Origin: Lingula anatina | Lineage: Eukaryota; Animalia; Brachiopoda | DNA length: 64,000 nt | Reading direction: 5' to 3' | Assembly: GCA_051362555.1 (NCBI GenBank) | Contig: CM120643.1 | Coordinates: 24,866,848-24,930,847, forward strand | Shown: one piece after another, positions 27,629-40,264 of the stretch | How positions within the stretch are numbered: position 1 is the first letter of the stretch | How the letters are laid out: every line of letters begins with the position of its first letter | The notes under the pieces: model-generated | Seen by the model: only the letters and a program-made list of their open reading frames with translations | The model's database searches: none | Told to the model about the DNA's origin: nothing | Translations under genes and position numbers: made by a program

Positions 27629-29276
27629 TTACGTATTGGACTGATTTTTTAGCAATGACTTTCTTGTTATAAAAACATGCGTAACATTCCTAAAAACCAG
27701 ATCCCCTTGAAATAATCCGCCCCTGTAGCCTGTCTGCTTCTTATAATTCACAAACGTAAAGAAACAGCGAATACGACGCGTGCCCCGTCCACTATAAACT
27801 GTTGTCTATCGCACGCTTAGCTCATAATCAGCAGGGTGGTACCGAGAAGGGTCGACCCAGCTTGAATGTAAACGCTCACTAGGGAGGGCTGCATGAACTG
27901 TGACCAATCAACCTTATGCCGAAAGACCAGTGGATGAAGTGCAATAAGCAATGCCATAAAAGCGGAAAAAAATGAAAAAAGCTTCAAAAAAGTACACTCC
28001 ATGGATTTGAAAATCCCCCACATGCTTATTTGTGCCATCCTTAGCTTCTTATATACATTCTTCTTACGTTACATACATATAAAAAACGATTTAACCCCTT
28101 GAATATCTATGTTGGAGCGTACCTGATGTTGATATTTCTATCGGAGCTCAGGAAGACGGTCGCTATAGTTATAATGACTAGTCATTCATTTTAAACTTAA
28201 TCAACCTTTTTCAAGTCAATTAAAGATTGAATCCAAGTAAGAAGAGGGATAGAGAGATAAATGGTTCGTGAGTACCAGAAAATTGCTTATTTCCCCGGGA
28301 AAATCTATTTTGGTGGTTAAATCTCATCGAGTTGCCCTTTAAAGGTACAGATTTTGTAGATATGGAGGACTTACCTTTGCCTCTGTACCGTCAGTTTGTG
28401 TCACTTCATCCAAGCTGCCATAAGAGCCCGTCGCGCTTGCACCTCAGCTCTGCTTTAAGACGTATTGATGTTATGGATATTGAGGTTACGACTGCAATAG
28501 CTTACTGGATGGCTGCATCCAACAACGTTTTCACTAAAACCGTTTTATACTTATTTTGGGATGCGGTACCTGTAAGCGATTTATTTGCAATTGAACGTGT
28601 AGTTCTTCGATTTGCTAAACTGACCGTTCATGAATAACATTCATGTACTGCAGCAGATATGTACAAAATTAATGTCTTCTTTTTACTGTACTAGTAATAT
28701 AATCGAGGCTGTCGTGACATCACATGACACTAGAAAATGAGCTATAACCCGCGTGAGGTGGGTTTTATATTGCAGCAATAAGTCCTGAAACTATGCGGTA
28801 GGAATGTGGTCATAGACAGCGATATAATCGACTGTCATGCAAAAAAAAAAAAAAATTACATAGAGAAAAATGACCCCGACAAAAAATCAGTGGATAAAGT
28901 CGGTCATTTGTTGCCGCATTACTCTTTCTAGTATGCCATTGTTTCTAAATGCACGCCCCTCCAAACCCCACGAAATCTTGCTTAAAGAACCCTAAACGCG
29001 TTTGAAAGTCGTGTTTATATCCTTCAAATTTTTTATGTTTCCTAATTCAGACCTTGAAGACAACAAAACTCTTCTCTGCCTTTTCAACTGTCATGTCTGG
29101 TAGTTTGCAACGTCTGTATTATGCATGGCACAGGACTGCGATATAAAACACCGCACCATTTTCTTATGTAAAAACGAGGAAATGCCCCTGAAGGTTGATA
29201 TGGTTCAATTTGACTGGCAAGAACTCAATTATTCATTAAAAAATATAATAAAGCATTGGATCCAAGTGCAAGGAAG

Positions 29277-29364
29277 GTTCGAGCAATGATGATGAGTAGG
29301 AAAAATTGTCCTTTACCCCATAAAATTGATTTTGGTGGGTAAAACCGGCGGAGAGTACCTTTAA
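29277..29364 (+). mobile_element. Kolobok-like right-end fragment (related copy at 28265-28342)
   Basis: Both copies carry aaaattg..ttWcccc..aaaat..attttggtggKtaaa and end in CCT|TTAA. Confidence 0.45.
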
Positions 29365-29377
29365 TTTGACGGTTTCT

Positions 29378-29497
29378 GGCGAGGTTGGGCTATATCTCGG
29401 ACGATTTCCTTCGAAACGGTGTTGATCGCGACCTCATGTAAAGCAAAGCTGGTAATTATGTAAGCTTAACCTGTACGGTCAATATTCATAGGAGATT
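29378..29497 (+). repeat. ~120-bp diverged direct repeat, copy 1
   Basis: ggcga.gttggg..atctcggacga.ttcctt..aacggt.ttgat.gcgacctca..taaagcaaagctggtaatta...ataggaga recurs at 30416-30531. Confidence 0.8.
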
Positions 29498-30415
29498 TAG
29501 TTTTTTTTTAATCTTAAGAAAGGGTGCTCGAAATTGAACAAGCAATTATGTGTATTCAATCCCAGCAGACAGAGATGAATTTCGCCATGGTCGAATATTA
29601 CAGCTAAATGGGGTCTTTTATATGCGACCAAATTACACATGAATTGTAAATAAAGATCCATCAAATGGCGTTCATATGCCATTTTGAAGTGTATTCGACA
29701 CTTAACCAATTACTCATACAAAGTTAGCGATTATCCATCCCTGGGCGTTAGGACTAACAGGGTTTAAGAGTAAAGTGATTTTCTTCAATTTTCTTTAGAA
29801 ACAAGGTTTCGCAAAAAAAAAAAAAAAAGCCAATAACACCTTACAGTGAACACGCCATGTGTTTTTCGTCACGTTCAGTTGTCTCTATGGAAAAGGACGC
29901 TTACAAGAATTATCCCACGTCTTTGAAAAGGCTTGACAGGAAAATATTGTCACGAGAACGTGCTCATTTAAACAATGCAAACGTAAAAGCAATTATCAAT
30001 AGCTGGAGTTCATTGAAAAGAGGTTATCGAAAGCAAAGGAAGTGATTGCAATGTTTCGGAATATATTCGCATGTTACACGTAAATTGTATACTACATTAT
30101 TGCGTAAAATGGTTGTCACACCCAATTTATAGTATGGATATTGTTACCAAATGTCAACTGTTCTTTATTGCACAGTTGTATCGTACGTTGCAGATACAAA
30201 GTGGATAATATGTGAACATTCAAAAGAAAAAAACACCGTTATATTGCACACATTTTACAAATTAAATGGAGTTTTTAATAAGTCATAAGACATGGATTAT
30301 TTTGTATACAGATTTTACAAAAAAATCTGATGATTCTTCATGGAAATCTACTCCCCACATTTTTAATAGGACAAATATATAACCATTCATATTTATAGCA
30401 GTTTGTCGGTGTCGG

Positions 30416-30531
30416 GCGACGTTGGGTTATCTCGGACGACTTCCTTTGGAACGGTTTTGATGGCGACCTCACATAAAGCAAAGCTGGTAATTACCTAAAA
30501 TTAAATGCAGTTAGTATTTATAGGAGAATTT
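30416..30531 (+). repeat. ~120-bp diverged direct repeat, copy 2
   Basis: Matches 29378-29497. Confidence 0.8.
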
Positions 30532-32532
30532 TTTGCAATCATTTGAAATCGACCCCCCCCCCCCCCCCCCCCCCTTTAAGGTGCATCATAAAAGCATGCC
30601 GTTCGCAGGTGACATCAACCTTTGCTGGAAGATTCAGTTGCGCTCTAGGGTCAAAACTTTTCTCAACTGTTGTAAATTCGTTCAACGTGGGTTTTGCCTT
30701 AATACAGCTTTCCCTAATCCGTTCCAATACATAAATGTTCAATTGGGTTCAAACCATGTCAGTTGGCGGATTAGTCCATGAACAGAATGTTGTGTTTGTG
30801 AAAAAAAACCTTACCAAGTCAAGCCAAATTACAGTAGGCGTTGCTCGAGCCATAGATTTGGCTTGTGTTAAGTGATTTTACGTTGGGATAATTAATTCGT
30901 GGTATAGACCGTTAATGTGTACACTTATGCTCCCAAATCTAATGCAATTATCGGCAATTATCGTTTATGAGACGTGCAAGCGGGCATTATGGGAGATGGG
31001 TATCATCGTCTTTCCGCAAGCGAAAGCTGCTCTGGGATAGTATATTGCACGTACAAATGGGATCAGGTGATTTTGTAAAATATCCTGTACCCTGTACTTT
31101 TTTATCCATGTCGTAAAGACCAAATGACTAATGGAATTGACAAAAAAAAAGCACTCTACACAAGAACAAAAGCGCCTCCAGGGGCCTTGATCACTTGTAT
31201 ATTTTGTTCGAACATCTGTTCTCTAGTAGGACGACACAGTCGCAGGCGGCAATCACGTGGATAGAGTTGGGATCTGGATTTATCGGAGAAGCCTACTTGG
31301 TTCGACTGCGACTGTCAGGTTTCTGTTTCTTTTCACTCACTGGTTACTGGTTAACTTCGGCTTCTTTATCATGCCCGCATCTTGCTCTGTTACCATGTTG
31401 GACGAGTTAACGTTTGACAGTTTGGCAGTAAATACGAACCAAATAATGAGACCGTAAATTGTAGCAGATTTAGTGCGGATTCTTCTTCTTTAAAAGACAT
31501 AGTTCCTGGGGATGTTTGTTTGTACATGCGTATTTAAGAGAATCTTGAGGCTCAATCACACGCCTAAACTGTCGATTTTCAAAATATTTGTGTTTCATGC
31601 ATGGCTTCCCAGCAACATCTTTTCAAGTTGATTATTTTATTTCGATATTTCCATTTGATGAAATAGCAACAATGGCTTCAGCCTGTGTGGTGAATTCGAA
31701 AATGACATAATCAAATTACTACCAATATCTTGAAAATAAGAATGAAAGAATTAGAAAAAGAATAAAAATAAAAAATGATACATGTGAATAATAAAGACGA
31801 TGTAATTTCGGAGATTTTGGACTAAGGATCCGCCATTTTGTTCCCCCTACCCACCTGTTATCCCGTGTCATATACCAGAGAGGCCCCCATGAAAGAGTTG
31901 TGTTCTCATCTATTTGTTCGGGTAAGGCCCATTCAAATATATTACCCAATTTATCACGCTAACCATCTGTGCGAATGCAATGAAGGACGGGTTCTCTGTT
32001 ACTCGGATCCTCATCAGATTCTTGACGCCGAGTTTTTGACTGGGTTTTAATACTAGTGCTCCATGGTAACGTAATTACTGAAGCAATCATGGAAAAATAA
32101 ACAATCGGTGTTTGATTGCTTTCTATTAGGTAAGGTTATAGGCGTTGATTGCTTCTCTTCAGCCTAAATAATATGAAAGTTATTATATAGATCAAGCTGG
32201 AATATTCCCCAACTGTAAGCTTAGAACCAACCAGCTGTGAGACCTTCGTCAGACGTATGCGAGTTGATGCTTTTCCTCACTGACCGCTTGGTTACATACA
32301 TCTATAGCGACCAGGAGCATATTGTGAATGTCAACAGGTTGGCCGAAGGCTAAACTAGAGAGAAAACACCAGTAATTACTATCATATGATCCAACTATGA
32401 TCCAAGCTAATGAACATTTTTCTCCAGTTTAAGATACTATTTCAGCCCCCTACGGGTGTGTGTGTTTGGGGAGGGGGGGGGGGGGCGTCAGGGACGAGAG
32501 GGGTTCGAAATCACTACCTATATCATTTTTGC

Positions 32533-32536
32533 AAAA

Positions 32537-32625
<89 letters not shown>
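32533..32625. repeat. Poly-A followed by (TA)n microsatellite
   Basis: Directly visible. Confidence 0.95.
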
Positions 32626-32629
<4 letters not shown>

Positions 32630-33332
32630 GCTCTGTATCAAATTTTGATCTAGGTTCTAAGCCATTTCTCACGTTGATTCAACTAAGGAGGTAAAAAAAA
32701 TTACCTGAATCATAAAAAAAAAATCCTTGAAATCGCTGGCTATGTGAAGCGATGTGATGCTATATACGCTAGTTAACGGGCTTTAGATCTTTTATTTCAC
32801 CCAAGCACGTTATGCTGTGTCTCAGGTGTTATTCTGATTACAGCACGATTGATTTTTTTTTTCATACTCAAGTAATAGTTCTAACCGTGCACGAGCCCAC
32901 ACACGGCTCCTGTCACCCGTGTACAATATAGGCCTATATTCTTTTGAACCACGCCATTTTACCGGGTATTTTCAGGAGTCGGAATCAAAAGCATTCATCC
33001 TCCATTACACTGATAAGCAGGCTGATGAATCACAAATACGAAAAAAATCTAAAAACGTTTTCTAAAAATGGGTGACTTTTATTCTTTTTTTCATATTTTG
33101 CTTCTTCTTTGTTCATTATTTTTCGCACTATTTACTGCATTTTTTGAGAAAATGAAAGTTCCAGACGACGGATGTCAAGCACAAAGACGCCCGTGCGCAC
33201 GTGAAAGCTAGGCTTTATATCTAGCATAAACGCAAGCCAAGCATGACTGTCGTGTTTATTACACATGCTACATCTCACACAAGAATTAGGCAAGAAAAGA
33301 ACATTTCAACACTGTGTTATGTTTTTTTCTTT

Positions 33333-33379
<47 letters not shown>

Positions 33380-34925
33380 CGTTTCTAACAAGGCCAAGTC
33401 GTCAACAAAACGCATCAATGTAAAAATCAGTGCATAGAATATTCATTACTCAATCGAATAAATGTATAAACAAATCACTTACTACATGTATGATGGTGCA
33501 GTTCTAAAAATGTTAGACTTTGTGTTTATTAAAAAAAAGAACAATTTCTTTTGGAATTTTTTCTTTTAAAAAATAAGTACAGGTAAATCAACCAATGTAA
33601 GCAATCATCAAGATATCATCGTCGGTGGTGCAGTCTGTATCTTCTCGAATTAAAGCCAAACTACCTTGTTTGAGGTTCTCCTAGTTTTTATATCTCCCTT
33701 TTTCATGTTCGCGTGTTTAAAATATTTAAATTTTGGTTCGAAGATAATAAGTACAAGTCAATGTACCAATGCATGCAGTCATTTAATGTCTTCGATTCAG
33801 AACCAATCTTCAATGAGGAACGAGGAACTTCAATAGGTTACCAGGTTCTGTAGGTTAGAGTAGGGGCTAAGAATAGGTGTAAGCTAGTAAAGGCAGAAGA
33901 GGAGGCAGCAGTTGAGAACCACAACGAGGCTTTGAAACTAGTGTGATTGATATGGCATAAGAACCCGCTAGGAGCCGTAGTTCGTTCCCCATTACTTTGT
34001 ATAGGTGAAGTTAAGCCCCAAATTTTGATTCTGATACTTCCAGCTTATCTTTACCAGTAGTCATCATATGGTTCCACGGATTTCTATTCCCACAACATTC
34101 TTGGCGCACCTGCCCCGTGACACCGGTCTTAAGTTTGAATAATATCACACGCTAGCAATAATAGCAAGATGTACAGTGGCCTACACTGTATTAATTAAGA
34201 CACTTTCTAACTAGTGTAGGTATCACAATAACAAGAAAATGATATGTGAAGACGAGTGAATAAGGAAAGTATCCATTTGAACCTTTGGGGGAGAAGGGGG
34301 GGGTGGGGGTGGGAGGGGGGCGGCAACAACACCCACAGGGTGATGTAGGCTATTTCAGCTAGCTAGCAAAGGGTCTGTAATGTGATTAGGTGATTTTTAC
34401 CGTCTTAGGCGTGCTCATGTGAAGTTTCTACGAACACAAGTATCGCGTGCTTTCCACTAAAAGCCGAAGAAAACGATAAGGTTCATTCATGCGTCTGAAT
34501 TGATTGCTCATCCGATCCTGTTACCAAAGGAAACATAGGCTAATTCAGACATTAATGAGGCTTTAATGGGGTTCTCTCCATTCCTTTACTATTTTATCTG
34601 ATCTGGGTAAACCAAGCAAAAGGCTAGATGTACTTGTTAGCACGATATCGATGGTTAAGGGTGAAAGACCCTTGCTAACGGCCATGCATCTGCACTTTTA
34701 CTGGAGCGGCGCAGTGTTTCCCCCCCCTCCCCCCTACAATAATAACAGTAAAAGGAATATTTATAACAATGACATATTTTCAGTGCGGTAGTGTTTCCGT
34801 GAGAAAATTGATCAAGAATGTGAAATTCGAGGAACAACTTTGGTAATATTGTTTTTTTTTTTTAAATTTAAAACACCTGATATCTTAAACGAATGTACAT
34901 GTACCACGCGTGATTGACATGAATA

Positions 34926-35354
34926 TGTCACAGGCAAGATTGAAATCCAGGCGAGATTCAAATCCAGGTCACAGCTACATAAATCATATCCCAAAATATA
35001 GGAAGTCCAACCTGTCACGGAATCTTCCAAATGTTCAATCGGGTCTGCTGCCTCAGATGCTTGAAATTTGAGAGAATCTGACAAAAATTTTCCTGTCTCT
35101 GTCAACTGAATTGCCCTCAGTTTTGAACGTTCATCTTTCCCGAGAGAAGCGTTATTGGAACCGAACACGCCGTGTCCAACAGCTTCGTTATATCTTGATA
35201 GTTTTTCTACCTGTTTGCTGTGCTTGAGAAGTATTTAATAAAAGAAGTTCTAAGCCATAGGTTCTATAAAGTAAATGGCTATATTTTGGGATGTGATTTA
35301 TGTAGCTGTGACCTGGATTTGAATCTCGCCTGGATTTCAATCTTGCCTGTGACA
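34926..35354. mobile_element. Non-autonomous Ginger-like DNA transposon
   Basis: 76-bp TIR with one mismatch (TGTCACAGGCAAGATTGAAATCCAGG...CCTGGATTTCAATCTTGCCTGTGACA) and exact 4-bp TSD AATA. TGT..ACA ends with a 4-bp TSD are typical of Ginger. Confidence 0.85.
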
Positions 35355-35379
35355 AATACACCATTTCACCCATAACGTT

Positions 35380-35381
<2 letters not shown>

Positions 35382-35432
<51 letters not shown>

Positions 35433-35498
35433 CACACATACACACACAGCACATACACACACACAGCACATACACACACACACTGTGACACACACACA

Positions 35499-35536
<38 letters not shown>
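35382..35536. repeat. (CT)n(CA)n compound microsatellite
   Basis: Directly visible. Confidence 0.95.
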
Positions 35537-35538
<2 letters not shown>

Positions 35539-36818
35539 TGCCACACAGCACATAAACACACCACCACAAACAACAAAAAATCCACTTTGTGGAAACTGAG
35601 CGGCTTGCAATACACCTAGAAAAATAAAATGCGTCTACTACAAAAAACACTGACACGTTTGTGGGAGAAAAAATAAACAAAAACATTCAATACCACGTGC
35701 GCTTATTCAAGAGCCTTGTGCACGGGGTGCAAGTGGGAATACAGACTGGCGTGTGAGTTTCTACATGTAATGATTACCCATCCCAGTGCTCAGCACGTAT
35801 GGCATGTCCTCGAAAAAAAAACACGTTTTCGTTAATTCTGTACATTCAACTGCCTTAGGCAATGACTGTGTTATGGAATACATAAGGTATTGTATCAACA
35901 AATTCACACATTGCACAACAAGTGGTAAAGGTTAAGATAACGGTATTTATTGAATGCCGAGTTTTCGAGCACTTTTTCCATGGTCACCAGGTGCAAATCT
36001 TGCATTTTTGAAAGTATATCTGGATGACTTATCAATAAATTGTGACTCAGACTGACGTGATAAAAAGAAATATAGGAATCAAAGAAACCTATCATATAAA
36101 AAAATACCGGTAGGCCTAACTATTCCGAAGAGGAGATAAAAACGCACATGGACCACAGAGAATTGAAATATATTTTTCTTTGCACTTTTCTATTTAAAAC
36201 ATCCCTGAATACTAATGGTACCAAGGTTAGGATATCACATTAAAAAATTCGAACCCGTTCGCTGGCAGTTTCTTTGGTCGTTGATCGGGCTAGATCACGC
36301 AGCATTCTTTCAGTTTTTTTTTGTGGGTCGCCAGATGACAGCACATCTTAGAAGTGTGGCTTTGCTCTCTTCCCCTCCTCTACACTGTACATTTGCTTCG
36401 ACCATACCGACTTTCTACATGTCAACTGCCGTTAAAAGGTGAATGAATCTGTTATGTCTAAGATAAAAAAAGGTTTCACCCAGGACTAATTGCAAAAACA
36501 AATATGAAGTTAGGTAACTTTTAGTCTTTGGGTGGTTCATACATGTATGACCATATAAAAATCTTCATGTAGGTACATCCAATGTCGAAATTTGCATATT
36601 GAGCACCGAGTCCCTTTCACTTCAGGAAGTTAAGGTAAAAGACGCACAGTTAATCATAAACGGGGTTCAAAATACGAGTATATATATAATTTTTTGTATT
36701 TACCTCTATAAATAATGCCTGGGTAATTATGGTATATCTAAGTTGTCACATCCCAGTGTTACGACAGTGTACACATTCTTTGTGTATAACGTGGCACTTG
36801 TACCACAGTGTCTACAAT

Positions 36819-36847
36819 CAGGGAATTATATACGATATAATTCCCTG
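36819..36847. mobile_element. 29-bp palindrome with a 7-bp TSD (putative transposon excision footprint)
   Basis: CTACAAT|CAGGGAATTATAT-ACG-ATATAATTCCCTG|CTACAAT. Confidence 0.75.
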
Positions 36848-37712
36848 CTACAATCTAGGACACAGTAAACTGGGTCCTAGTCTTAGCTAGAATAATACAG
36901 CGGCCTGCACAAACCATTGGGAGCATTAGGCACATTAGAATAACTCCAGATTTATATGTATATGAGTTAATATATAGCAACTATTAATATGGAAATGTTA
37001 ACGTTTTTTTTTATTCACAAAACTATACCACATGTAAAATCATCAGCACATCAGAAATCTATAAACATGCTTAAGAGTTCTAATTTTCTAAGTTTGACCC
37101 ACTTTAGTATAGTAATGCAGTTGGGGGAACTAGTGAATTTTACACTTGACGGTAAAAAACAGAAATTAAGAGCTCAAAAATGAACGTTATTTTCTAAGCA
37201 ATTTTGATACTCTGTATTTCTTTGGGATACAGGAAAATTTGCTTAAATTTTAAAGAAATCCTTATTTTGCGCCATATAGGTCTAACATGCACTTATGACA
37301 TCAACTTGAGGATTACATAAAATATAATCAGCGCCCGATACCTGACCTTAGGCTACTTTTTTTTAGACAGATAATAACACAGCTCTTGCGATGAACAATT
37401 CAATACCTAGTCAACAGAATGGTTAGAAGCAATTCAATTTCCAATCAGTGGTGTAATGATATGGATAATGGTTGAGAAGGAAATCTTACGCCATTCTGTC
37501 AATTTATTTGTGATATTGAACACCTAAAGATAAGTCTCTAAACGACGCTTAGGCATCAATTGTCCAAAAGCAAATTTTGCCCATACTTGTTTTTCTATCA
37601 AGCTGAACTAGAATTTTTTACTTGGCATTAACTCAAACAAAAAAGATCTTGCTTTGTGCAATTTCTGTGTCAATCAATAATTCAACCACATGTTCTGAAA
37701 GATATGATTGCG

Positions 37713-37738
37713 CATAGAAGTACTCCTCTACTTCTATG
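37713..37738. mobile_element. 26-bp palindrome with a 7-bp TSD (putative transposon excision footprint)
   Basis: GATTGCG|CATAGAAGTA-CTCCTC-TACTTCTATG|GATTGCG. Confidence 0.75.
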
Positions 37739-37842
37739 GATTGCGTTAGCGAAGCATGGGGTCACTGCAGACAAACGTATTAGTTGTATCAGCAGATTAT
37801 ATCATTGCGTTGGCAATATGTAGTACCTTCTGCTAGCTAAGG

Positions 37843-38757
37843 CAGGGCTCGACATTAACTTTAATAACCTTAATTTGATAAATTTGACCTGTCTGAATTT
37901 GAATCCAACCTGTCCAACAAAACCAATATTTTTACCCATTCCTACCTGTCATTGAACTTTGTAAACTATTATGTGTAATCAAGAATGCATTAGTATTAAC
38001 GCCCTGGAACCCATTTTGACAGCTTAATGTGTTCATTCCCTGGTGATTTTTCCCAGGCAAACTTTATTAGAAGAGATCAAGTGCACAATGCGCGTACTAA
38101 CCCTCTTTCTGTCACACGACCACATTTTTTGCTTTAAAACTTCATATAAGGGTTGATGTCGAAACGAAGATTGAGCGGCATTAGAAAGAACAAACTCAGA
38201 TTGAAATGCGTTTTCAGGTTAATCTATCACTTACTTTTGCTTCTGACCGTGCCATGTTTGGTCTATATTTCCCCTTAAAACAATTTTTTCGACAGCACAT
38301 GGAGTATTTAAGTTTGGCAAACATTTTATTATCAAAACGAGCACAATCAAAGCTCCACTTTGTTGGTTATGAGACTATTTTCTTATATGGAATACACTAT
38401 GTGCACATGTGGTGGTCGTCATGAATCACTATTGGGTGCACGTAATATTGTGGTAGCAACTGGTAAATAAAATTGTTGCGAGGTATTTTTTCACACTGAA
38501 CAAATCCACATTGTTTAATCTAACTAGGAAAGTAAAACAGCAAAAATTTAAGCTACGTGTAAATAATTCTCTTGTCTTCCTTCATGACGAGTTTGCTATT
38601 TATATATAAACAAGCAAAATTTGTTTTCAAAACTTTTGTTTTCAAATACTCATAAAATATGACCTGTCCGTGTGACAGCCAACCCTGCAACTTCCCCTGT
38701 CCAGACTGAATTCTTACCTGTCTCTGACAGGCGGACAGGCACCAGTGCCAAGTCCTG
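37843..38757. mobile_element. Non-autonomous hAT-like element with a 5-bp TSD (hAT5-type)
   Basis: TAAGG|CAGGGCTCGACATT...AGTGCCAAGTCCTG|TAAGG, with clustered subterminal ACCTGTC/GACAGG motifs at both ends. Confidence 0.7.
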
Positions 38758-38795
38758 TAAGGTATTCATTTTCAAGTGACTTTTATCTTACAAAG

Positions 38796-38848
<53 letters not shown>

Positions 38849-38879
38849 TTCTGTCCTGAACCTTATCTTCAACAGTAAC

Positions 38880-38885
38880 TTTATT
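38880..38885 (-). terminator. Candidate polyadenylation signal of TP53RK
   Basis: AATAAA on the minus strand ~70 nt after the stop, followed by a long U-rich tract (plus-strand A run 38798-38846). Confidence 0.55.
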
Positions 38886-38956
38886 CCCAAAATTTCATAA
38901 TCAAAAAAAGTTTTTCCACATGTTGAAAACCAAAGAGGTATTTAACTAACTGCATA

Positions 38957-39520
38957 TCAGCCAACCATGGTCCTTTTTCTACCTCTTTGTCTAACTTCAT
39001 CCAATTTTCTTAACACCTCCACTGCCCCTTTGCCATAATCTTTGGCATAACTCTGAAGTAACAGTTCAAACAGGGCCTCGGTATTTGGATGTGTGCTCAA
39101 GAATGCTCTCTCCAGAACATACAAGTCAACTCCTTTATCTTCAGCAAGATTTTCAATATAGCCCAGACCAAAGTCAATAAGGATCAGATTGAGCTCCTCT
39201 GGTGGATTTCTTAACAGCATATTTGATGTGGTGAGGTCTCCGTGGATTATGTTCTTCTCATGCATAGTCGCCAGTGTGCTGCCAACCTTTTGCATGAGTG
39301 CCTCAAGCAAGTGAGTGTCACCATCAGGATTGTTCTGAATTGCAGTAACATAGTCTCTGACTGTAACAGAGTCCTGTATGTATTCCATGTATATGTGATT
39401 CTTTATCTGATCAACAAAGTAAATGACTGGGGTTCTGATACCTGAAAAATATTCAAATTTATACTGGTGTGTTAAAGGTCATAAAGTGCACACGTTTGCA
39501 TCTTTTAAAAACGCACACAC

Positions 39521-39601
<81 letters not shown>

Positions 39602-39633
39602 CTTATGGTCGATTGGAGCCAGGTAGTGACAGT

Positions 39634-39664
<31 letters not shown>

Positions 39665-39924
39665 AAATAAACCAAACTTCACCTGCATGGTTAGATAACG
39701 TAAAAGGAAAAAGCATTTCCATAATTACCATTCGTTCTGCACCGTAGCATTGAACGAATTTCAGACTTGGTCCTCTGTGTCGTCAGAGATTTATCGAGGT
39801 CTGGGTGTCTATACGTTTTCTGAAATCTCTCCTTCACGATGCAGGGCTTTCCCAGAAAATCTATGACATAAATTTTAGCTTCTGCCCCTTGTTTTAAAAG
39901 CGTCGCTTTTGACAGATCGGACAT
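38957..39924 (-). CDS. TP53RK: EKC/KEOPS complex kinase TP53RK (PRPK/Bud32), 2 exons, 226 aa
   Basis: Exon 1 39924-39729 ([19 protein letters not shown]...[15 protein letters not shown]...RCRTN), phase-1 GT-AG intron, exon 2 39441-38957 (GIRTPVIY...HGDLTTSN...LIDFGL...[18 protein letters not shown]...[12 protein letters not shown]). All Bud32 motifs are present. Confidence 0.97.
39525..39598. repeat. (AG)n microsatellite in the TP53RK intron
   Basis: Directly visible. Confidence 0.95.
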
Positions 39925-40264
39925 TTCTACATTCCAAAACGTAAAACTCCCAAAAAATGTGCGAAGCGTTTTCACAACTTTCGTGACTTACTTAACGGAA
40001 GAGTTAAAATCTATAACAAGAAATGTGAGTAGGAAAAATTGTAATATACACCGTTATAGACTTTTGAAATATATCATATATGTATAATATGTAAGGGAAT
40101 CAATACTGAATATACATTGGCATCAGTGTCAGCATAAAAATCTAAGATGCCTTTAAAATCTTGACATTGCATTTCGCGTCAGGGAACAATCTCCATTTTA
40201 GCATCCAAGGTGAAGGCCAAGACGAGCCGTGTGGTCAGTGGGAAACTTTGATTTTAGGTACAAA
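39925..40264. promoter_or_regulatory. Shared bidirectional promoter and 5'UTR region of TP53RK and the GDAP1-like gene
   Basis: Divergent ATGs separated by only 340 bp. ETS-like CGGAAG at 39997. Candidate 5'UTR intron 40025-40257 (GTGAGT...TTTTAG). Confidence 0.65.

Noticed and set aside
31985-32022. Minus-strand CTGATGA-GGATCC-GAGT hammerhead-like motif
   Set aside because: Lacks the invariant GAAA
34172-34190. TA-CAGTG-gccta-CACTG-TA mini Tc1-like palindrome
   Set aside because: A 7-bp stem is expected by chance in 64 kb
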